A stretch of 43,847 nucleotides of DNA from Octopus bimaculoides (taxonomy: Eukaryota). The DNA is taken from the NCBI RefSeq assembly GCF_001194135.2, contig NC_068987.1, positions 39,916,218 through 39,960,064 of the forward strand, read 5' to 3'. The notes beneath the pieces are model-generated. The model had not been told where the DNA came from and searched no databases. It was given only the letters and a program-made list of their open reading frames with translations. How positions within the stretch are numbered: position 1 is the stretch's first letter; each line of letters starts with the position of its first letter. Positions 35,456 to 43,847 of the stretch are shown here, in pieces. Made by a program: the position numbers and the translations under genes.

Positions 35456-37515
35456 CAGCATCATTATTTAACGTCCATTGTTCATGCTAGCATGAGTTGG
35501 ATGGTTTGACCAGGGCTGGCAAACTGAGGGGCTGCACAGACTCCACTCTGGTTTGGCATGGTTTCTACGGCTGGATACCCTTCCTAAGACCAAACACTCT
35601 GAGAGTAAAATTGGTGCTTATGTGTGTCAGTTGCATGACACCAGTATCAGCCACAACTACAATTTTACTTGGTTTGATGAGTCTTCTACTCAAGCACAGC
35701 ATATTACCAAAGGTCTTGATCATTTATCATTTCCCCCATGAGGCCCAATGCTCGAAAGGTGCTTTTTACATGCCACCAGCACAGGTGCTAGTTATGCAAA
35801 ACCAGCATCAGCCATAATACCTTGGTGAGACCCAACACTCGAAAGGCGCTAGTTACGCGACACCAGAATAGGTGGTAGTTATGCAACACCAGCACCAGCC
35901 ACATTGCCTCCATGAGGCCCGACACTCAAAAGGTGCTTCTTATGTGCCAGTTACATGACATCAGCATCAGCCATGACTATGATTTCACTTGCCTTGACAG
36001 GTCTTCTCAAGCACGGCATATCACCAAAGGTCTTGGTCATTAGTCATTGCCTCCGTGAAACCCAATGTTCAAAGATCATGCTTCACCATCTTGTCCCATG
36101 TCTTCCTGTGTCTACCTCTTCCATAGGTTCCCTCCATAGTTAGAGGTTAGCACTTCTTTACACAGCTGTCCTTATCCATACACATCACATGACCATACCA
36201 GTACAGTCATTTCTCTTGTACACAACATCTGATGCCTCTTATGCCCAACTTTTCTCTCAAGACACTTGTACTCTGTTTTACATGCACTGATATTGCACAT
36301 CTAGCGAAGCATGCTAGCTTCATTTCTTTCAAGCCTACACATATCCTCAGTGGTCACAACCAATGTCTCACTGCTATGTAGCATAGCTATTCACACACAG
36401 GCATCATATAGTCTCTCTTTCACTCTGAGGGAGAGGCCCTTAGTTACCAACAGAAGTGGGAGCTCTCTGAACTTTGCCCAGCCTCTTCTTATTCTCACAG
36501 TTATGCTCTCGGAGCATCCACTTCAACTATTGATTTGGTCACCTAGATAACAGAAGCTATCAACAATCTATAGCTTACCCTGCTGGCATTTGATGGAATC
36601 TATTTTCTGTACATTTTTAGTGTTTATTGTACCTGTGCACCTTCCACACACAAAAAATATTTTCCCAGTTAACCTTCCTCTGATATTGCTGCACCTATGT
36701 GTCGATAGCTTGCACTAGGTACATCATATGGAACTTCTACCTACACTTTTCCTACAGATTGAGCAGAGCCATCTACCTGAAGGCATTTGTGATTTGTCTG
36801 CTTTCCTACTTACAAAGACTGGTTTTTGATAGGTTAACTCTAAGGCCCTTCTATTCCACACCTGAAATTTCTTCTCTAGTTCTGACAGTGATTCAGTTAT
36901 AAAAGAACTAGGTCATCAGCATAGAGGAGTTTCCAGGAGCAGCCTGTCATAAATTCCTCTGTTATTGCCTGGAGGACTATGATGAACAGGAGGGGGATGA
37001 GGACTGATCCTTAGTGAACCTCTACTTGTACCCTGAATTCCTCGCTATATTCATTGCCAACCCTCACCTTACTGACTGCATCCCTGTACATGGCTTGTAC
37101 AGCTCACACTAACCACTCGTCCATCTCTAGTTTCTGCATTCACCACCAGAAAAGAGAGCAGGGGACCTTGTCAAAGGCTTTCTCCATGTCAACAAAAGCC
37201 ATCTACAGAAGTCTATCAATGGCTAGGTAATTTCTCCAGCAGCTGTCTTACCAGAAATATAACATCAGTGGTGCTTCTCCCTGGCACAAAACCAAACTGC
37301 ATCTCATCTAGACTAACTCTCTCCCTAATTAGTTGGGCTATGACCCTCCCTGTGACTTTCATTACCTGATCCAACAATTTGATACCTTTGTAATTATTTT
37401 GATCTAAGGTGTCACCTTTACCTTTGTAGCAGTTGACTATGGTGCTGCTACACCAGTCATTGGGCTTGACTCCTTCATGTATGCGGGTGACTAGATCATA
37501 ATGCACACCACCAGA
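35453..37515 (-). mobile_element. 5'-truncated RTE LINE (copy 2), same family as copy 1
   Basis: NDWCSSTIVNCYKGKGD, QFGFVPGRSTTD, YADD at 36912-36923, Cys/His finger at 36637-36765, GRHRKTW, 3'UTR with tandem units and the family tail at 35453-35600. Confidence 0.9.
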
Positions 37516-37562
37516 TATTTTATATATATAGATAGATAATTTTATACACACACACACGTCCG

Positions 37563-37604
<42 letters not shown>

Positions 37605-40039
37605 ATTATCATGCTGAAAATCAGTCTTATAGTATATGATGTCCCTTTGGATCCCATAACTTAATACTTCAAGAAATAGAAATCTATGAAGTACCAAACT
37701 AATATAGATATAAATGAGGTCAATAGTATTGACTATAATTCTTGAAAGTGGTGCCCCAAGATGGTTGCAAGTCACAAAACTGAAACCAATTAAAGAGCAT
37801 ATTGCTAACAGAAACATTATTAGTAGACAGGAAATAGTAAGCACATAGCAGCATTACAATGCTGGTTTAAGGATGAAGAATGTAGTTAAAAAAATTTTTT
37901 TTAATTTCTGCCACTCAACCCACGTATTTCTATGATCATATACAATAGTGATTTATTCATAGTGACAATATCACAAAAACTTGTACAGAAGATACTGACA
38001 AAGCAACATGATTTGTTGTTATTTAGTACTAATTCTAAGATGAAAGTAATTCTAAGATGAAAGCATTCCAAGGGATATACAATAAGACTGGTAGTTACAG
38101 TTATTGCATATCAAGGACTACATTGCACAGTGTATCCTTTGTTTATGTGATTTGAAGGAGATTTCTATATTTCTGTGATTTCCAGTAGGTCAAGCAACTG
38201 CATATAGACACTCTAGAAAACAAGTATATATGAATGATGCTTATTTCAATTGAATCTAGAGGATGAAAAGGCAAAACTGACTACATTATAATTTCACTTA
38301 AAACAGAAAAGGACACAAGTTTATTAAGCATTCTGCTGTCAGCCTAAAAATGAAAATCGTTACACTACACTTAAGACCTTATTTTTGTTGTTATTTCACT
38401 GCAGATCAGTCCTGACTGAGCAGTCCTATAATCAAAAGCATTACAGTCATGACCACCCTGTCTTTTTCCTCCATGTGCAGAAAATCCAAGATCATGAAAT
38501 TCACTGTATCCTTTACAACAACAGCTAGCTGTGGTTTGTGGGAAGAGATTTGGCTGTTATCTCAAGCAAATCAACCAAACACAAAGAGGCCTCCTTGTCA
38601 GAACTTCAAGCTCTACTTTCAAATTGTACATTTTCCTCTTAAAAACCACAATTTATCCTACATATCTCAGACTAGCAAACAAACGCAAACACAAAACTAG
38701 CTGTAGCTAAGTGGACACTGTTTAGGTGAACACTGAACTTAAAAAACAAAACATTGTTCACGCTAAGATTCAAGCAGACATCTCAACAAATTACATAAAT
38801 ATTTTGACCATAACATTACAGATGGGGGTGGGGAGGTGAAATAGGAAAAATACTGATGTAATAATATTAATGTTGTTATTGTTTTGTTGTTTAGGCTCAG
38901 CTTAGCCTTAATTGATGCAAATCTATGATTTCAATTGATGCAAATCTATGCATTTCAACCACAACCATCCCATTCTAATTAATACATTTAGGAAAACATT
39001 ATCCAATGTGGTTTTGTATGTGAAAGTATAGTGTGATTTGAAGGTGAATTGGCTGCTATTTCTTACCAAGCAACTATATAGATATGTAATCATATAAATA
39101 CTCTTAATATAAATAATACATGAGTGTGTACTGCATTTAGTTATATATAATGCAAAGGTTAGATTCCATTTACACAAGAGATTGTTTTACTGTGTATAAA
39201 GTAATTTCACATCCAGTTAGAGAGAAAAGGTACCATATAAGATGAAAAGCAGTCAACTACATTAAGTTCAAACAATAGAATGCTATAATGGATGTTTTAT
39301 GTCATCCATTTTTGTATGTTTCTTTTATAAGTCTTTTCTCAAAACCCTCTGAAGTAAGTGTTTATTGTTCAATTTTATGACCTCAATAAAATAACAACAT
39401 ACATACATAGTGACAACCATTAAAACATGCTGAGCCACTGTGCTATTTTAAGCACCATATTTCAATTTGATTTTATTGTGGAATGGCATATCAATGACCA
39501 GGTAGTACATGTACAGCAAAAGACTTAATGTTATAATTCTATTACAAAATACAACCCATGTAATTGTAACAGTATATATGAAATATGAATAACTAATATG
39601 ACTCTATCATGATGCAGTCGTTTACATTTTAACACGGGGTCTCACTCAACAAGTACAAAATAAGTATTAAATCTTTCACACACACAAAAATAAAATAAAT
39701 TATAAATATTGATTTAGATAATTCCATACAAATGCAATGAACAAAGTGTTTGGCTTTTTGACACTCATGAATTTCAAATTGTGACAATCATCATCATCAT
39801 CATCATCATCATCGTCGTTTAACGTCCGCTTTCCATGCTAGCATGGGTTGGACGATTTGACTGAGGACTGGTGAAACCGGATGGCAACACCAGGCTCCAA
39901 TCTAATTTGGCAGAGTTTCTACAGCTGGATGCCCTTCCTAACGCCAACCACTCAGAGAGTGTAGTGGGTGCTTTTACGTGTCACCCACACGAAGGCCAGT
40001 CAGGCGGTACTGGCAACGGCCACGCTCGAAATGGTGTCT

Positions 40040-41511
40040 TTTATGTGCCACCCGCACAAAAGCCAGTCCAGGGGCACTGGCAACGATCTCGCTCGAAAGA
40101 TATCATGTGTCGCCCGCACATGAGCCAGTCCAGGGGCACTGGCAACGATCCCGCTCGAAAGATTTCATGTGTCGCCCGCACATGAGCCAGTCCGGGGGCA
40201 CCGGCAACGATCTCGCTCGAATNNNNNNNNNNNNNNNNNNNNNNNNNNNNNNNNNNNNNNNNNNNNNNNNNNNNNNNNNNNNNNNNNNNNNNNNNNNNNN
40301 NNNNNNNNNNNNNNNNNNNNNNNNNNNNNNNNNNNNNNNNNNNNNNNNNNNNNNNNNNNNNNNNNNNNNNNNNNNNNNNNNNNNNNNNNNNNNNNNNNNN
40401 NNNNNNNNNNNNNNNNNNNNNNNNNNNNNNNNNNNNNNNNNNNNNNNNNNNNNNNNNNNNNNNNNNNNNNNNNNNNNNNNNNNNNNNNNNNNNNNNNNNN
40501 NNNNNNNNNNNNNNNNNNNNNNNNNNNNNNNNNNNNNNNNNNNNNNNNNNNNNNNNNNNNNNNNNNNNNNNNNNNNNNNNNNNNNNNNNNNNNNNNNNNN
40601 NNNNNNNNNNNNNNNNNNNNNNNNNNNNNNNNNNNNNNNNNNNNNNNNNNNNNNNNNNNNNNNNNNNNNNNNNNNNNNNNNNNNNNNNNNNNNNNNNNNN
40701 NNNNNNNNNNNNNNNNNNNNNNNNNNNNNNNNNNNNNNNNNNNNNNNNNNNNNNNNNNNNNNNNNNNNNNNNNNNNNNNNNNNNNNNNNNNNNNNNNNNN
40801 NNNNNNNNNNNNNNNNNNNNNNNNNNNNNNNNNNNNNNNNNNNNNNNNNNNNNNNNNNNNNNNNNNNNNNNNNNNNNNNNNNNNNNNNNNNNNNNNNNNN
40901 NNNNNNNNNNNNNNNNNNNNNNNNNNNNNNNNNNNNNNNNNNNNNNNNNNNNNNNNNNNNNNNNNNNNNNNNNNNNNNNNNNNNNNNNNNNNNNNNNNNN
41001 NNNNNNNNNNNNNNNNNNNNNNNNNNNNNNNNNNNNNNNNNNNNNNNNNNNNNNNNNNNNNNNNNNNNNNNNNNNNNNNNNNNNNNNNNNNNNNNNNNNN
41101 NNNNNNNNNNNNNNNNNNNNNNNNNNNNNNNNNNNNNNNNNNNNNNNNNNNNNNNNNNNNNNNNNNNNNNNNNNNNNNNNNNNNNNNNNNNNNNNNNCGA
41201 AAGATTTCATGTGTCGCCCGCACATGAGCCAGTCATGGGGCACTGGCATCGATCCCGCTCGAAAGATTTCATGTGTCTCCCGCACATGAGCCAGTCCAGG
41301 GGCACTGGCAATGATCCCGCTTGAAACATTTCATGTGTCACCCGCACAAGAGCCAGTCCAGGGGCACTGGCAACGATCTCGCTCGAAAGATATCATGTGT
41401 CGCCCGCACATGAGCCAGTCCAGGGGCACTGGCAACGATCCCGCTCGAAAGATTTCATGTGTCGCCCGCACATGAGCCAGTCCGGGGGCACCGGCAACGA
41501 TCTCGCTCGAA
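40040..41511. repeat. 62-bp minisatellite (about 3 units left and 5 units right of a 975-N gap)
   Basis: Unit gatttcatgtgtcgcccgcacatgagccagtccaggggcactggcaacgatcccgctcgaaa; period 62 (40044, 40106, 40168). Confidence 0.95.
40223..41197. other. Assembly gap (975 N) inside the VNTR
   Basis: N run. Confidence 0.99.
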
Positions 41512-41711
41512 TTCTATTTTCTTTCACCTCTTCTTTTTACATTTCAGAAAATGATGACAATTTACCCATCATACCCCCTATATGTATATTCATATATATA
41601 TATGTGTGTATATAAAGAAATAATTGAGATTCAGCTGAATTAGGTACTTAAATTGAAGCACCAAGTCAGTCTAGTATTATGCGCACAGCTCGAAGTAAGG
41701 TGAATCAAATC

Positions 41712-42064
41712 AAAATAAGCAACAGGATATCAAGTAATGATGCAGTACAGCCATTTCAAGCAGTTCCGTTTAAGTGAACAACGCAATCATTACATCAATT
41801 GAAATGCAGCACCATCTTCAGCTGTACAAATAACTAATGGAATTATAACAAGTATGACAGGTTAATTTAATTTTCTTAACTATTTTAACAGAGCAACATG
41901 GAAGAAATTCATGTTGTCGCTATTGTAGCTAAGAATAAACTACAACTTCAGCTGAAGAAGGCACTACATTTAAATTGATGTAATAATGACTGCATTGTAC
42001 AATTCAATGGAGCCGCTTGAAACGGTCGTGCTGCATTACTACTTGACAACCTATTGCTTATTTT
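41712..42064. mobile_element. Imperfect foldback element (MITE-like)
   Basis: 41712-41824 is a clearly alignable but diverged reverse complement of 41949-42064 (aagcaa.agg...tcaagta.t.atgcag.ac..cc.tttcaagc...attacatcaatt.aaatg.ag..cc.tcttcagctg), with a 124-bp spacer. Confidence 0.75.
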
Positions 42065-42679
42065 CATGTGTGTCTCCGTGGGAAGAGCCATTCTAACAAT
42101 GTGTCTTGCCCTAACTCTTCGAAACGCTTAGTTTTAGAATGGTGGCAGCTGATGAAGGAAATGTTCTCTACGTGGCCTGTGTTTTCTGTGCTCCGTTAAT
42201 CATTTTGTCCACGTTTTTTTGCAACGTCCTGTACACAGATATGCATCTATGTATACGTGTAGATATAGGTATGTACATACATGTACATATATATGAATAT
42301 ACTCACATATTATTTGTATTATTATATGATCGAACACACGCGTCATCTTTGCAAGTAAGTTTTAGCTTTATATTTCTGACGAGATTCTATCTATCTTTGT
42401 ATCTTTCTCTCCCTCTCGTTCTTCCTTCTGTTCTTCGCCTCTCCCCTTCACTACTATATCTCTCTCTTCCTACCTGTCTCTCGTTGCTCACCAATATTCT
42501 ACTTCCTCCCCTTTTTCTCCCTCTACCACTTTTTCTCCTTACCCCTTGCTGGTCACATGTGTCCGGCTACTACTTCCTTTCCTATCTTGGCCATCGCCAA
42601 GCTTACACAAACTTTCTTCTCTCTTCCTTCCAGTTCGTCGCTTCACAGCGTTCAGTATATACATATTTTTTTCACGTCT

Positions 42680-43379
42680 GGCTTCCATACCGGCCAAAGA
42701 ATAGCGAAGGCTTGCCAAGCCTTCTTGCTTCTTGCAGTGATGTCCTCGTCTAATCCACCTGATTTGCTGATCTTGCTGCCAAGATAGACAAACTCACTAA
42801 TGTCCTCCACAGGTGACCCCGCCGATTGTGATTGGCTCTTCCTGCTTGTTGTTGATATGCAGCACTTTTGTCTTTTCCTGGTTGATCCTCAAACCCACTT
42901 GCCGTGAAGTTTCTCTCAGGTGGAGAAGCCTTCTTATCTTACATGTCTTGCAGGCGATGTGACAGTAGCGCGAGATCATCTGCATAGTCCATGCCCTCCA
43001 GCTTGTTCATCAGTGTCCACTGAATACCTTTCCCGGAGGTAGCGTAGGCCGTCCTGGTGACCCAGTCCAGCACGACGAGGAACAGGAGCAGTAACAACAA
43101 ACAGCCCTGTCTGACTCCCGTGCTGACCCTGAATTCCTCCGACAATCTCCCAGCATCGATGACCTAGCAAGAAAACTCCTCGTAGAGTTATCGAATAATG
43201 CCCACGATCTTCTCTGGCACCCCATAATGTCGTAAGATGTTCCAGATTGTCTGCCTGTCTACCCTGTCAAATGCTTTTTCAAAGTCGACGAAGCACACAT
43301 AGAGTGACATTTGCCATTCAATTGTCTGCTCCACAATGATTCTGAGCGTAGCAATCTGGTCCGTGTATGATCTCTCCTA
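42680..43379 (-). mobile_element. Young RTE (SR2/RTE-1-like) reverse transcriptase segment
   Basis: RSYTDQIATLRIIVEQ, FVDFEKAFDRV, GVRQGCLL, YADD at 42975-42986, GLRINQEKTK, FVYLGSKI. Four in-frame stops and two frameshifts; homology ends near 42680. Confidence 0.92.
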
Positions 43380-43847
43380 GCTGATTTCTGTGCAGTCAAC
43401 AAACTTACTATTGGAGGCACCATCTTCCCACACAGACGTTGCCATAAAGCCACCTGGGTATCACCAGATCAGCAGACGGAAAACCAGATTGACTATATCG
43501 CAGTCCGGCAACGTTGGAGGAGTTCACTTCAAGATGTGAGAGCCAAACGAGGAGCACATATTGGATCGGACCACCACTTGGTGATAGCGAAGCTCAAGGT
43601 GAAGCTTTCAACAAGGAGAAGACAGGCAAACCCACGGGTGAAATTTGATGTTCAGAAACTGAAAAAAGAAGAGTCAAAACAGGCTTTCCAGTTGGCTCTC
43701 CACAATCGATTTGAAGCCCCACAGACAGATGAGGCAGAGGCAACTGTGGAACAATCCTGGACAAATTTGAAGGAGACTACAGTTGGACTGTGCAAAGAGG
43801 TTCTGGGAAGACAACCAGTGAACAGGAAGCCTTGGATAAGTGACGAG
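43380..43847 (+). mobile_element. RTE endonuclease C-terminus and linker, inverted relative to the adjacent RT segment
   Basis: 156 stop-free codons to the window end, missed by the ORF track for lack of an ATG: ADFCAVNKLTIGGTIFPHRRCHKATWVSPD...NQIDYI...SDHHLVIAKLK...KPWISDE. Confidence 0.92.

Larger units (their letters stand above)
39789..41511 (-). mobile_element. RTE 3'-tail copy with an expanded internal VNTR
   Basis: 39789-39975 is the reverse complement of the 29708-29930 tail. It continues directly into ~62-bp units. Confidence 0.9.

Noticed and set aside
40040-41511. CRISPR-like appearance of the palindromic 62-bp repeats
   Set aside because: Units are contiguous with no unique spacers, there are no cas genes, the context is eukaryotic, and the unit derives from the RTE 3'UTR.
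42070-42165. Possible hammerhead ribozyme (gaagag/ctcttc stem before gaaac, and ctgatga at ~42149), as in Penelope elements
   Set aside because: No CUGANGA precedes the stem, the downstream CUGAUGA has no usable stems I or II, and no valid topology could be built.
42139-42753. 204-aa Leu-rich ORF
   Set aside because: It runs through (TA/CA) and CT-rich low-complexity sequence into the antisense of the RTE, with no recognisable domain.

Overview
AT-rich, microsatellite- and transposon-dense eukaryotic genomic DNA from a gapped scaffold (5 N-runs). The repeat families are ones I recall as typical of Octopus genomes, so the taxon call is from memory and not a database search. I found no intact host gene, rRNA, tRNA gene or CRISPR array, and nearly all listed ORFs are microsatellite, N-gap or antisense artefacts. 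The window is a TE landscape. It holds a near-full-length decayed RTE-clade LINE (5770-10026) with a PHD-type finger after the RT core, a 5'-truncated relative (35453-37515) and several 3'-tail copies, one with its ~62-bp 3'UTR unit expanded into a VNTR. It also holds a younger RTE with an inversion junction, R4/Dong-like relics, two SINE families, a maT-like transposase relic, a hAT-like and a piggyBac-like element, and several foldback elements, one enclosing head-to-head TTAGGG/CCCTAA arrays. The best leads are the double-hairpin VNTR unit with compensatory changes, the telomere-repeat foldback element, the twin-priming-like RTE inversion and apparent (AAT)n-targeted SINE stacking. A few weak minus-strand exon candidates are noted. 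Boundaries of old relics are approximate (tens of bp).
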